The notes under the pieces were generated by a model. That model saw nothing but the letters and a program-made list of their open reading frames with translations. It searched no databases and was not told where the DNA came from. A DNA stretch of 64,000 bases from Epithemia pelagica (Eukaryota; Protista; Bacillariophyta), in assembly GCA_946965045.2 (NCBI GenBank), contig OX337238.1, positions 434,001 to 498,000 of the forward strand, written 5' to 3'. Shown here in pieces: positions 42,079-54,183 of the stretch. The position numbers and the translations under genes were made by a program. Numbering within the stretch: position 1 is the first letter of the stretch; every line of letters starts with the position of its first letter.

Positions 42079-43572
42079 CTACAACTCACTTCCAGCGGAG
42101 CGCCGTCTCTGTCGTTGAGTGGTTTTTGACAGCTGTTCAATCCAAGAAGACAAAGCATCGTGGGTGAGCGCTCCATCAGCAGGATAGCGAACCGTCAGAT
42201 AGTCTCCTTTGTACTCCGTGCTTCCTGGAATCTTGGCACCGCTCTTTGGTATGATTGCGACAAGAGTCGGATAACGCTTTACTTGAAATTCCTTGGCCAA
42301 ATTTAGGCTCTTCCCTCTACTTTCTCCAAAAAGAAATTTGGAGCGATGACGGTAGGCAAGGCTGAAGTATAGTGCGCTTGTTTCGTACTTGTCCGTTAGA
42401 AGAAGTATGGTCCCAATGAACCTTGCGTGTTGCTTCATGGGTTCCAGAAGCTTTGAGGAAACCTGTGTGGGTTGATTAATATTAACAATCAACTCTTTTG
42501 GCATGTTTTCCATGGCGAACTCGTACAATGGCTTCGCTGTTGGAACATATTCAGCGTCGCCTTCGTACCAAGAAAGTTCGCCATTCACGACGAATGCAAA
42601 GGCGGGAAGTTCTTCGTCGACATCCAAGCCGTGAGCCCTTTCACAGTAGCGGTATTCTTTGTCGTTCATCCCGCAATCCAACGCACCAACTTTGAAGTTT
42701 CCTTTCACCTTATCGACAAGCGTTTCTAGATGTGGTTTAAGGTCTTGTACAGTACGATCATCATTTCTGTAAAACATAACCAACCACAAGTATTTGCTGG
42801 AGTCATCGGGAAACTTTGGACTGCCTAGTTTCGTCACCTTGCCGCCTTTAGGAAATAGATCAGCTGGGGGCCGTCCTCCGCCATGCCCATGGGAAGACCG
42901 TCCTCTTCCGCCTCCAGCCCCGAATCCTTGCTGAAAGAACTGTTGGTGTGCCCCTGGTCCACCTCCCCCCTGAAAGAACTGATTAAATCCTCCTCCGCCA
43001 CCACCAGAAAACCCTCCTGGACCACCAAACCCTTGAAAGAATTGTGAAAACTCAGGACCACCAGAAAACCCACCACCATGGTGCTGGAACCCACCGCCGT
43101 GGTTACCGCCAAAATTTCCACCAAAAGAGCCTCCATATTCTCTTGGGTCTTGGCCACGTTCTAACATTTCCAAACCTTGCTTTCCATAGTCGTCGTAGAT
43201 CTTCCGTTTATCGTCGTCCGACAGTACATCATAGGCTTGTTGCACCTCCATAAACCTTTTCTGTGCCTCTTCCTTCTTATCAGGGTCCTGTACCTTATCG
43301 GGATGAAAGTCCAACGCCAGCTTGCGGTAGGCACTCTTGATTTCTTTGGAAGAGGCCGTCTTTCGAACTCCTAATACGCCATAATAATCATCCGGGTCTT
43401 TTCGACCTCCTTGCTGTCGTTGTTGTGTTCGAGAGCGTCGAGCATCACAAACCGGTGATACCAAGAGGAGCAAGAAGGCCGTAAACAACACAATTCTTTC
43501 CGGTGCCCCACATCGCCAACTCGTTTTCACTCCACTTCGTGGTCTTCGTCGAATGCGATCATTCAATTTCAT
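42079..43572 (-). CDS. ER DnaJ protein with G/F region and thioredoxin-like folds (ERdj3A-like)
   Basis: Signal-like segment; J domain DYYGVLGV...[13 protein letters not shown]; long G/F-rich linker; KYLWLVMFY...KVGALDC thioredoxin-like region without CxxC. Confidence 0.88.
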   Translation of the reverse strand: MKLNDRIRRRPRSGVKTSWRCGAPERIVLFTAFLLLLVSPVCDARRSRTQQRQQGGRKDPDDYYGVLGVRKTASSKEIKSAYRKLALDFHPDKVQDPDKKEEAQKRFMEVQQAYDVLSDDDKRKIYDDYGKQGLEMLERGQDPREYGGSFGGNFGGNHGGGFQHHGGGFSGGPEFSQFFQGFGGPGGFSGGGGGGFNQFFQGGGGPGAHQQFFQQGFGAGGGRGRSSHGHGGGRPPADLFPKGGKVTKLGSPKFPDDSSKYLWLVMFYRNDDRTVQDLKPHLETLVDKVKGNFKVGALDCGMNDKEYRYCERAHGLDVDEELPAFAFVVNGELSWYEGDAEYVPTAKPLYEFAMENMPKELIVNINQPTQVSSKLLEPMKQHARFIGTILLLTDKYETSALYFSLAYRHRSKFLFGESRGKSLNLAKEFQVKRYPTLVAIIPKSGAKIPGSTEYKGDYLTVRYPADGALTHDALSSWIEQLSKTTQRQRRRSAGSEL

Positions 43573-43953
43573 CCTTCGTTAAAGATTCAAAGCGATCAAA
43601 CTATACCGCTCAGACGTGGTTGTAAGGAACGCGCCAGGATCAATGCAACCGACTTGTCTGATTGCGTGAAGTTTCCGTTTGGTTGTCTTTTTTTACGAAT
43701 TTTTGCCATTGCGTGTTTAAAGACGTGATGTTCCGCCTAATTTTGCCACGCGGCAATTTTTGAGACACGCACCTACTCCTATCCCTCTCGTAGCAATACA
43801 AAGGAGACCATAGCTGACTCTAACTGCTATTCCATAGTCCCTCCCTAGTAGAGAAAGGGAGCCAGAAATCTTCATCCATTTCCTCATTTGTTTAGATGTC
43901 CTATTCATGCGCCATCACGTTAATTGGTTGACACACGATTCTGCTGGCTCGTC

Positions 43954-45585
43954 CTATCTCTTTTTCTTGCCTCCTGTGCCGACCTTCTTTCCTTTTTTGG
44001 CACTTGTGGCCGGTGACTTGCGTTTGTTCCCTGAGCTGCTCGATGGCTTGGCCGCAAAGAACTGGTCCATTCGCATTTGTGGTTTCAGGTTGGCCTTGTA
44101 GGCAGCCTGGAGCTTTTCAATGTTGGCATCGACTCGTTCCGGTGAAAAGCCCATTTCATCGACCAGAAAGGTCTTGAGAGCTTCCGGTTGGCAAGGTTTC
44201 CACTTGATCAATGACGCAACATCACTTTTCCCCAGAACCTCATGCTCGTCGAAGAGTTTCCGAGCCAAGACATATGCTGGAACAAATGGGCCACCTTCAT
44301 CATTTTCGTCATTCTCAGCTTTCACGGGGGTCTTGTCCGGAGATTTGTCACCAGCATTGTCATCGCCCCCTTCATCAATATTTTCGGTTTCGTCCTGTCT
44401 ACTGTCATTTTCGTCCCCCTCGTGGTCCTCTCCGTCTTTTTTCTCTCTTTCTTCGGGTTTCAACCAGGACGGTGGCACGACATACTTGTTGTTTTTTAGC
44501 ACAATGGGCAAAATGTGTTCAATATCACCATGGTCGCGAATGAGTTTGAGTGCGGTCTTGGGTCCTACTCCTTTGATCGTATCGCAATAATCGCATCCCA
44601 ACATGATGCACAAATCCACGAATTGTGGGTGCGTCAAGCCTAGACCTTGGATCGCCTTTTCATATGACATGGATTGGATGGTCACATTCTTACTGCCATT
44701 GGCAAAGGTCATTTTTCGCAACAAGACAGGCGTTTGAAAGGTCAAGGCATCCATATCTTCCGTCGCAGTCGCATAGACAACCCCCGCTTTGCACAGCGCC
44801 GACGCCTGGGCTTCGGCTTCGCAGGGTGCCAGTACGACAGGAACACCCATTAGCTCCAACAGACGCTGACAGTCCTGGTTCTCTTTGTGACCAGCTCGGA
44901 CTAATCGTTTCGATTGTTTGTCTTGTTCTTCAATGTTGCCTTCATCTGTGGCGGTTTTCAAAGCCGCTTCGGCCTGTTGTCGTTTGTCGCGTCGTTTCTG
45001 CAACTCTCCCGACTTGAGATTGGGAGGTTTGCCATCAAATACAAAGACAGGCTTAATACCTTCAGTAAGAAAGCGAATCGTCCGATTGAACATTCCCTGA
45101 ATATGCGATGTGGTTTCACCGTCCGAGTTGGTGAGCATGACGGCGGCTTGGTGACCACCACCCGATCGGACGGCAATCAGAAACTGGTAAATGGCCATGG
45201 AAGCGTCAATCGCAATTTTGCGACCTTGTAACGACTTTAGTTCCACCTCTCGAATACTCTGCGTGCATTGAAGGAAGAATGGGGAAGACGAAAGGGTAGT
45301 GAGCAAGACAATGATTCACGCTGTTGGAAGCAATTTTCCACATTGGAGCCACAGTTTGCACTGATGCTGCGAAAGCACTTGCTACGGAACGTACATCGGG
45401 GGCTTCATCAGAAAGCAATTTGGCCAATCCTTTGATACCTGTTAACAAGAAGTAACAATCACTGATACTCATGAGAAAGTATGTACAGACAAGGAAGGGG
45501 ACCAATGATAGACAAGGCGATAAAGATAGAGATCACTCTCCAAATCAGGATATTCACGGATTCCTTTCACAACACACGTACCCAT
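43954..45585 (-). CDS. FEN1: Flap endonuclease 1, 3 exons
   Basis: Exon 1 ATGG (45585-45582); exon 2 45438-45395 (GIKGLAKLLSDEAPD); exon 3 45258-43954 with IAIDASMAIYQFL, VFVFDGKPP, APCEAEAQ, ATEDMDAL, LGCDYC, GVGPKTA and the PIP-box QMRMDQFF. Confidence 0.97.
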
Positions 45586-45937
45586 TCTTCGACTTTTGTC
45601 TTCTCAACCAATCTCTTCTCTGATAGAACTGTTGCCCTTTCTTTCGAATGTCAAAGGTCGAACAGAAAGATCGACAAGCGACAAACAAGTCCAAAAAATG
45701 CATCCACCTCGATCTGTCATGGTGATGGCGGGAAAATGGGCCGTCCCCAGAAAGCGCCCGCATGGAGATCTCCCCGCGCGTTACGCGCCGTCCACTCTCC
45801 TTCCGGAGACGGACGGACCTTTACGACCGCTTCCGTCGTCCGCCATGCACAATGAAGATCGGTCCAACGACGGATCTTCCAACTCGACAGAATCCAACAA
45901 CTCCACATTGCGTTCTCTTCTCCTCGGACGTGCAAAG

Positions 45938-46399
45938 ATGGAATCTTCCACAAAAGTGACCTTGTTTGAAGATATCTTTGAGATCACCGCCTTGAACCCC
46001 GACGGATTCAAATTTGACCGCGTGAATCGGATTCAGGCCACGGGTACCACGTTTGAATGTGATTTGTTGTTGGACATTCACTGTGAAATTTATCACTTGG
46101 AAGAAACGGACAAGTTTACCTTGGTGTTGGCCAGTACTCTTCATTTGGATGGCAGTCCAGCGGATCATTTTTCCTACGTGCCCGCCCAATGTCAAGCGAC
46201 CGACTTGCAACCCACCTTGGCGGACAATTATGAATATGTCATGCACGGACGAGTGTTTGACATGAAGTATCAAAAAGATGGCACGGTTGTGATTGCCTTA
46301 AGCTACGGGGGACTGCTCATGAGATTAACGGGAGATCAACGACATTTAAGTTCCATCCGACCCGACCAACGACTCTATTTGCTCCTCAAGAAAGACTAA
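45938..46399 (+). CDS. RPB8: RNA polymerase I/II/III shared subunit RPB8
   Basis: LFEDIFEI...KFDRVNRI, LLLDIHCEIY, LADNYEYVMHGRVF, SYGGLLMRLTG. Confidence 0.96.
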   Translation: MESSTKVTLFEDIFEITALNPDGFKFDRVNRIQATGTTFECDLLLDIHCEIYHLEETDKFTLVLASTLHLDGSPADHFSYVPAQCQATDLQPTLADNYEYVMHGRVFDMKYQKDGTVVIALSYGGLLMRLTGDQRHLSSIRPDQRLYLLLKKD

Positions 46400-46880
46400 T
46401 CGTGGGGGATTTGTTCTGGTTCCATTGGATGGTGTACAGTACTGGCCCGTGATGTGTAAAGCTTTGACATGCAACGCCCGTATATGTGTCTGAGGGAAGC
46501 TCTAGGAATCACTGGGTCGTAAACCGTGACGGGTTGGACTGGGATAGTTGTCGACAATGTTGTGATTTGACGCGTGAGAGAAATGGAGATCCCAACTCGA
46601 ACATGAAAACAATTGTTTGATTCTCTTTACTTTTATTCTCACCAGATAGATGAGCAAGACCCAACCTAATGTCAACTCTCATTCATAGTATTTCTTGATC
46701 ATTTTCCCACAAGGTTACAAGTCACAATAAGCCATGTTAATATAGGAAGAACCCTTGTCCACTGGCTCATCGGTCCCAAAGAAAGACCTCTATGCTGGAC
46801 TGAGTGATTGTTTGCAATGCTTTGTCTTTTTGATTCATGACAACCAAGTGGAACGATGAACTATGGGCCTACTCGTAAGA

Positions 46881-46905
46881 GGAGAGGAGAGGAGAGGAGA
46901 GAAGC
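46881..46905 (+). repeat. (GAGAG)n microsatellite
   Basis: GAGAG repeated about five times. Confidence 0.85.
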
Positions 46906-47089
46906 ATCTTCGTTCGACGGAGGGTAGATAAGGTAAATCGAGATGCTCTTATAGTTCCACGTGTAACCACGAATATGATACCTTTTGAAAGACACCAGAC
47001 CATGACATCTCCAATCGGTTTCCCACGATGAGTGACGGTGTCTAACCCTTCGCATAAACTTGGAGAGGAGTAAAGATTGGCGAGGAAGA

Positions 47090-48661
47090 ATGTCAATTCT
47101 CATGGAGAAGAATGACAAGGGTAGGGAACAACGTCCCGTGTTGGTAATTCATGGTACCATTGTGGTACCTGTATCCAATCCCTTTCGAGATGATGGTGCA
47201 GCAGAAGGTCTTCATTCTCCCAACCTAGACGGCGAAACCCCAACGAGCGAGAATGGCCTGGAGGAGTGGCTCGGTCCGGGGCTGAAAATGCTGCAGAGGC
47301 ATATTGTGTATGTGGCATCCAACGGCATGATACAGAAACTCGAGCCGTATTCCGAAGGGTTGCATTCTTGGACCAAGACAGACCCTCACATTCATTTTAT
47401 GGAGCTGGGAAAGGAGGAATTTTTGTGTCCTGGAATGATTGATCTGCACATTCATGCGCCTCAGTATGCCTTTACGGGAACGGCCACAGATCGACCACTC
47501 ATGGGAGCCGACGGGTGGCTCGAAACCTATACATTCCCTGTCGAAGCCAGTATGCGTGAGGATCACCAGCAATGCCAAGCTGTCTACCAAGGTGTGGTGC
47601 AGCGCACGTTGAATTGTGGAACCACCACTGCCGTATACTTTGCCACCTTGCATTTGGAACCATGTCAAACCCTGGTCAATGTCGCCCAATCCGTCGGACA
47701 ACGCGCCTTGATTGGAAAGGTGTGCATGGACCGCAATTCTCCTGACAATTACATCCAGTCTACAGAACAAAACGTGGAGGAAGCAGAGGCATTGATCCAA
47801 TACATCCAAAAGACTAGTGGTGTGCGTGGTGACCGTTCTAGTAGACACCCCACAGACGATTCCGTCCAGCCACTGCCGCTGATTCTACCACTGGTCACAC
47901 CTCGATTCATTCCCACTTGTTCTCCCTTGCTCATGACAAGGCTTGGAGAGTTGGCGATCAAATACGATTGCCACATTACAAGTCACATTTCCGAGTCGGT
48001 GGACGAAGTGGCCTTCAGTCGACACTTGGATGGCAGTCAGGATTATCCAGATGGTGGGGGAAAGCGAACCGACGCCCAGATCTTTGATTCTCACAACTTG
48101 TTGACCGATCAATGCATCATGGCACACGGTGTCTATCTCAATGACAACGAAGGCGACTGGAACTTGATGATAAACCGTGGGGCTGCGGTTGCCCACTGTC
48201 CATTGTCCAACTTTAGCTTTTCCGGTAATTCCTTGCGGTGTCGTCGAATGATGGAGCGAGGAGTGAAAGTTGGACTGGGAACCGATGTCGCTGGTGGATA
48301 TGATCCATCCATGTTTCATTCACAACGTCTAGCCGTTGTGGCATCCATTGCCTGTGATCATCAAGAAAAGGAGGAAAGCCAAACGACGAAGAATGCGTTG
48401 GACTATCGTCATGCCTTTTATCTGGCCACTCTGGGCGGCGCCGAGGCCCTTGGTCTTGAGCATCGGATCGGAACACTGGCAGTGGGAATGGAGTTCGATG
48501 CCCTCGTTCTTTCGGCAAATACCCCGCAAGTAGGACCTGTACAAACATTTGATCGGGATTCCATGGCAGACATCTTTCAAAAGCTTTGTGTGCTGGGGGA
48601 CGACCGAAACGTGAAGCACGTCTTTGTCCAGGGGCGTCATGTCAAGAAGCCCCCTGCGTAA
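47090..48661 (+). CDS. GDA: Guanine deaminase (amidohydrolase)
   Basis: PGMIDLHIHAPQY, WLETYTFP, GTTTAVYF, VTPRF, SHISE, MAHGV, HCPLSN, GLGTDVAGG, ATLGGA. Start uncertain. Confidence 0.93.
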   Translation: MSILMEKNDKGREQRPVLVIHGTIVVPVSNPFRDDGAAEGLHSPNLDGETPTSENGLEEWLGPGLKMLQRHIVYVASNGMIQKLEPYSEGLHSWTKTDPHIHFMELGKEEFLCPGMIDLHIHAPQYAFTGTATDRPLMGADGWLETYTFPVEASMREDHQQCQAVYQGVVQRTLNCGTTTAVYFATLHLEPCQTLVNVAQSVGQRALIGKVCMDRNSPDNYIQSTEQNVEEAEALIQYIQKTSGVRGDRSSRHPTDDSVQPLPLILPLVTPRFIPTCSPLLMTRLGELAIKYDCHITSHISESVDEVAFSRHLDGSQDYPDGGGKRTDAQIFDSHNLLTDQCIMAHGVYLNDNEGDWNLMINRGAAVAHCPLSNFSFSGNSLRCRRMMERGVKVGLGTDVAGGYDPSMFHSQRLAVVASIACDHQEKEESQTTKNALDYRHAFYLATLGGAEALGLEHRIGTLAVGMEFDALVLSANTPQVGPVQTFDRDSMADIFQKLCVLGDDRNVKHVFVQGRHVKKPPA

Positions 48662-49849
48662 TGAATGTCATTTGGTTCTGACTACATTCTGTTGAGAATT
48701 GATTCACATGGAAATGCCGTGAGGAAAACGACCGGGTGAACGGTTTCAGAGTGATTGACTTGACGCAAGACTCTCACAGTTGCGTTTCCGTAGTTTCGAT
48801 CACCACAAGTGATCAATGCAAACATGTGGTGGCCAGAATGGTTGGGAAGAAGAACAGAAGCAAAATGTGTAGACCTTAGATCTTTCAGGTCCTCTCAGTT
48901 TCCATGCCCTTCTACTTGAGCAATAACAACAACGTAGCTCGCTATTTGATTTATCGTATCATATCGATCTTTTCCATTATCCATTATTTAGCTACGACTA
49001 GCAACGTCAAGACATTATGGTGGCTCGTATCAATGAGTCTGACTATATTTACCTAGAGCTCAAAGACGCCAGATGCCGAGTTATAGGTAGTCGTAGTTTG
49101 TCCTACGTCCTTCTTCACAAAACATAGGAGGAGTAACATCATAACAAAACCCATGTTATGTGCTGTGTGCTACTCCTATGTATCATATAGAAGCCACCGG
49201 TGATTCGCTAAAAGACAACCACAGACAACATACTCGACGCATCTTGTCCTGAAAGAGAGGAACTGCCGGTAGTTCGTCGTGTCGAACCCAAAACGATAGT
49301 AGATATGGCGAACGTAGACAATGTACAATCCAAACTATGACGAACATTTCACGTGGAATGGAAACTGCCGATCTCCAACACATGACACATGAGATTTATC
49401 TTGTTTGACAAAGCAGAAATTTTCACTAGTCTTTCGAATAGCAACGATTTCCCGTTCGTCGGCGTACATGATGGAGCGAGGTCGTCCATGCCTTGGCAGA
49501 TCCACACTCCACACGGCTAACATAGTGATCTACCTAGACGTCGCAGCAGTGCGTCCAATATGTGTGACTGTCGTCGATATGTTGCTTGATGACTTGGGCT
49601 CCATAGGCATGTTCTGAAGACATAGGGCTTTCCGATAGTCAAGCCTGACTAATGAATGTACAATATCCATCGGGCGATGGGTAGCGGGTAGCGTGTAGTG
49701 AAAGGACACAAAAGCAATGGACACTGATAAAAAGATTCGGTATTGGGGCATCGGCATGGGCAAGGGGTGGTTGTCGTAAATAATAGGCAATGGGCTATGG
49801 GCCTGTCGATTGTCCCGAAAATCGAAAAAATGTTGGCGTACAATAGTTA

Positions 49850-50443
49850 AGGGCTGGGGATACCGATCCATGTACATCTAAGTAGGCTCAGTACAAAAGC
49901 TACGTAGAGTACATAAAATCCCATAGTACACGTCACCCCAGAAATGGTCGGAAGTCCAAAAAAATGCAAAAACACTCCACGATGACGGCGAGATCAAGTG
50001 ATGCCGCATGCATTCACCCATGCATCGCATTAACATCCAACCACCGTAAGTCCATTGCCTTTACCTTTGAAATTGTTGTCTCAAATTACAGAAGATTTGC
50101 CAAGTTGGCTGAAAAGGTACGCTCATTTTTCTGCAGTGATGAAATCGAACGACCGCCCTAACTCACTCATTTTTCAATGCTGACTCGACCAAATTGAAAG
50201 CATAGTCACTCTAGTAGTAGATAATCTTATTGTCAAAGCGGTCGAGTCAAGCTCTATTATTGAGGAAGTTATGGCCATGGGGGTGACGGCTTCGACCATT
50301 GTCGAGCGATGGCTTCCAATTTGCATTGTTTCTCGTGGCAGCAAGTTTTCAATTTGAGACCATCCGCCCCACTTGTTACACTGATGAAAATAGTACTACG
50401 TAGGTTAATGTACTGAGCCTACTTAGATGTAAATGGATCGCCT
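49850..50443. mobile_element. MITE copy 2
   Basis: Left CGATCCATGTACATCTAAGTAGGCTCAGTAC at 49864 and right GTACTGAGCCTACTTAGATGTAAATGGATCG ending 50440; same family as 25181-25764. Confidence 0.9.
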
Positions 50444-50826
50444 TAGCTCAATGAGAAAATTAGTTGGGCTGCCATACTCGTAGCTCTTCGTCGTTCCTCC
50501 TGATTCACACATTGAAAGATTATGTGTAGGTCCTAATATATAAGGTAAGCCCTATTTGGAAAACGAGTACCAAACAGTCATGGGGGATACTCGCATGCCG
50601 TATTCAAAAAAAAAATTATCAAAGACCGTCGTCATTTTCCCCTAGGAGATGGGGTAATCCTGAGCAGGTCGCTACCTTACCAGTCAGATACTGACTGTGA
50701 CCTATAGGAGTTACCGAACGCTTTTTCTGAATAAAGAACACTCTAGCGACAAAAGATGATATACTGACTGCTAGTACTATTAAAACCCACCACCACCCGG
50801 TTCATAACCACTACATATTTGTACTG

Positions 50827-51723
50827 CTAGTCATCTTCCACTTCGATCTGAAACACTTTCGCCTCACCATTTTCAATCTTCATCTGAACCAGATTCACCA
50901 CTGCTCCAAACACCTTGTGATGCCCATCCAGATCTCCTCTGTATTTCTCCTTTAAGATATTGTAATGTTTCAGTAAATTGTTGACAGTTTCATGTCTCGC
51001 CCTGGCATCTGCCATCATCTTGTCTTGATAGTCATTTCTTCCAGTAGGTGTGACAAAGTAGCATCCAGAATCGTTGTAACCACCATCAGCAATCACTTTC
51101 TCATTCGGTAGTAGCTCTTGAACAAGCCAGTCTCTGGCAATCCGTAGGTCTGGCCAAGCGCCACAAGGGAATGCACCATTCCACCACACTATCCAGCCAG
51201 TTTTCAGGCAGATTCCCACCTCATACCTCACACCTGCTCCCTTAAACTTGTGTGAGTACCATTTTGGATCAAAAGGTGACGGCTCCAAAATCCTCAAGTC
51301 AGTACCATCCAAACTAATGAAACAGACCTGTCCAGGTACACAACAATCAAACCTATTGTCCCATACAATCTGTTATAAGAACAACAGCAATGGTCAGATA
51401 TGAGGAGGACGACTTCATGGCAAATTCATGTAGGGCCATGTACTTACATAATGAAGACCACTATACAACAAATCTACAAACACTTTGACCCACTTCCTGT
51501 AGGTCTTCCTCGTTGTTTTGGCTATTGAGACCATAACATCCTCTGTAGCATAGACTTTCAGAAAAGCCAGTGTCCACAACAAATGACGAGGCAATGCACC
51601 TTTGGGCAATGAACTGTCCAGTTCATCCCACACATGAACACAGAGCAAAGGAGACATTCCAAAGTAAGAGCGAAAAGCACGTGAGAAATCAAGTGAATGT
51701 GAGTGTCTTGCTCTACCAAGCAT
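50827..51723 (-). CDS. Harbinger/IS5-like DDE transposase (DDE_Tnp_4-like), 2 exons
   Basis: Exon 1 (HLLWTLAFLKVYATE); intron 51447-51370 (GTAAGT...TAACAG); exon 2 with SLDGTD, YSHKF, VIADGGY and RARHETVN. Start uncertain. Confidence 0.9.
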
Positions 51724-52521
51724 TGGCAGAGCCAAGTAAATGAATGTTCATTGTGTCACCAACATGGTGGGAGAAAATCGCTTTGGAAAATTTATGTTTG
51801 CTCAGTGTGTGTCGCGATGCTGACCACACCTTTACTCTGATCTCGGTCTGTCTCTGTGTAGTACTGTCAGTTCATTGGAACAGGTTTTTTGAAATTTCAT
51901 CACGTTCATTTGATTGGCTGGTCAGTTGAGCAGTGACACTAAACTTTGTACTGTTCTACATATAGTGACTCATTCGAATTCGTGTCCGGTCATTGGAACC
52001 GGCCTGGATCGGTGCAGAAATCGATTAAAAAAACGTTTTCATTCAAAAACTGGAATTTCTGAAGGGCCCTACCTCGCCAACATCCTATTCCTTTCTACAT
52101 CTTAAGCGACCCACATATTGCCCTTATCTTGGGTAAACTGTGGGTCGCTTGATTATATCATTTGAACCACTAGAAAGTGTCCTGGGTCGGTTTTGAAAAA
52201 ACGACCTGGCTCGAAAAAAACGGCCCAGCTCGTTTTTTTAAAACCGACCCAGGACACCTTATAAGTGCCCAATTCATTTGGACGAACGACCCACGGTTGA
52301 CCCAAGGCAAAGGCAATACGTGGGTCGCATTACTTTCAGAATTGGAGCCAAATTGGGCATGGCCTCCTCGATTGAAAAATGAAGTCCATGATGAAAACCG
52401 ACCCAGTTTGGATTTTGGTGAACTGTTTTGAGGGTCATAATTAGTTTTCGTGCGAACAGACCAGTCTGGTTTTGCACTCCCTCGCGCTATAGTTTTAGGT
52501 ACTAATAGTACCTATACTCCG

Positions 52522-53594
52522 ATGACCAGGTCTGGCCGCAACACTTTGGGCGAGGGTGCCCTACTTTCGTGGGATTCAAAGTCGAAAGATGCCGAATTCC
52601 TTGACAAAATCGTGTCAGAAGGCTTGATCCTGGAGAGCGCCACACCCAAATCTGTGTGGTTGGAACATGCTGTTTTCCAAAAATACAAATTGGAATCATT
52701 CAGGTCGGCCCTCAACAAAGCCAAAAAAAAATATCAAGTCCACTTGAAGGATCAACATGAGAGAGAGACTGGTCATGAGTTGTTGGGTGGTGGTGAGACG
52801 GCCCCATCTATGGGTGGAAAGGTAAGGAACCCCAATGATGGAGATCTCAAACCAGATCCTTCTTTGTTTGGGTCGTCCAAAGGACAAGGTAAGTGCCACT
52901 GTACACTGTTTGTTTGATTGTTGAGTCACTGTCCTTACCTGTGGTGGTTTATTGTCTTTTATGACCAGGTGTTGCTGCCAAGGTCGCTCCTGAGTCTGTT
53001 GTGAGTGATGATGCTATGGTGAAGAAAAGGGCGGCAGGATCCATGCCATTACAGGAGACACTACAGGTACAACTACAACAAAAGAGGAAAAAGACAAATG
53101 AAGAAGACAGTGGTAATGACATGATGAGGAATTGGGAGCCTCCTCATGTCTTGACACAGTGGGTCGACGACAAGAAACAGCGTCATTTGGTGATTTTGGT
53201 GGTGTTGCCTACAGGTATTGCACATGAAGACACAACAAATTGTTTGATTGAAGTGGATCCAAGCCAGCTACAGGTACATGTGAAGGTAATTTGGCCTGAC
53301 AACGCAACTCATATCCAGTATCTAACCCAACACATGCACAGAGAGTGGCATGTCGAGGAGAAAAACCTACGAATGAAACTTGCTTTGGAAGACGCCATGA
53401 ATCAGATGCGAAAAAGAGAAACAGACTTTGTCAGGTCAAAGTTTTCTCTTACTCTTCCTTTCATGGTCCAAAGCAGGTTCGACTACGAATTTATGTACGA
53501 CACAACAAACGGATTCAGAGCGTTGTTGATTTCCCTACATGAGCCGGACGCCAAGTTTGAAGGCGGCATGAAACACAAGATGGTGCGTCTGTAA
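52522..53594 (+). CDS. Harbinger accessory protein (ORF2), 2 exons
   Basis: ATG 52522; intron 52889-52968 (GTAAGT...GACCAG) joins the two track ORFs in frame; lies wholly inside the TIRs. Confidence 0.8.
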
Positions 53595-54183
53595 ATTAAT
53601 GTAGTATGATTTGGGGCGGTTGCAAAAACCGGGTGGTGGTGGGCCTAAATCTTTCTATTAGTTCTCTATTTGTCCATGTTCATAGTTTATGCCATAGTAC
53701 ATCGATTAAGCGTTCTGGTCGTGTTCCGCTTTGTAGTCAGACTTCGCCCGGCATGACAGCGAGCTGCTCAGGATTACCCCAGCTCCCTATCTTAGAGGGG
53801 AATAATAATGGTTTTATGGATATTGGCGAGACTCTCATTTGATATGACGGGAATAGCATCTTACATTGATCCAGACGCCAAGATCAATGAAACTGTCCCT
53901 CAATCAACGGTTGTCGTGTGATTGGGCGGCGGAGGGTATTCGTGTCTTTGCTGGTTTGGGTACAACAAGACATCCGATCGGTACTTGTATACCACCATAA
54001 GACGTGTGGCTACCCCTTATTGACTCCCCCTGAGACAACAAAAGTTTGCCATATTGATATATTTGCGGAAGTCGGGCATAGGGGTCATTCTTTCTCAGTC
54101 ACCACGCCGAGAGAGAGTGGGAGTGACACTCGACACAACATGGTCACAAAAACGCGAATCTAAATTCGACAACACTGCACATC

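Larger units (their letters stand above)
50784..53645. mobile_element. PIF/Harbinger-type DNA transposon, two divergent ORFs
   Basis: TIRs AACCCACCACCACCCGGTT (50784-50802) and reverse complement GGCCCACCACCACCCGGTT (53627-53645), 17/19 identical; TAA on both flanks (50781-83, 53646-48); DDE transposase plus a second ORF. Confidence 0.9.

Noticed and set aside
49183-49877. Short ORFs next to MITE copy 2, considered as a disrupted gene
   Set aside because: No recognisable motifs in any frame; stops are frequent.
52104-52405. Regularly recurring short repeats considered as a CRISPR-like array
   Set aside because: The repeats alternate in orientation, the spacing is irregular, there are no cas genes, and the context is a eukaryotic transposon.
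49850-53645. MITE as the non-autonomous partner of the adjacent Harbinger
   Set aside because: The TIR sequences are unrelated beyond a GGC/GGGC start, and the flanks are TA rather than a clear TAA duplication.
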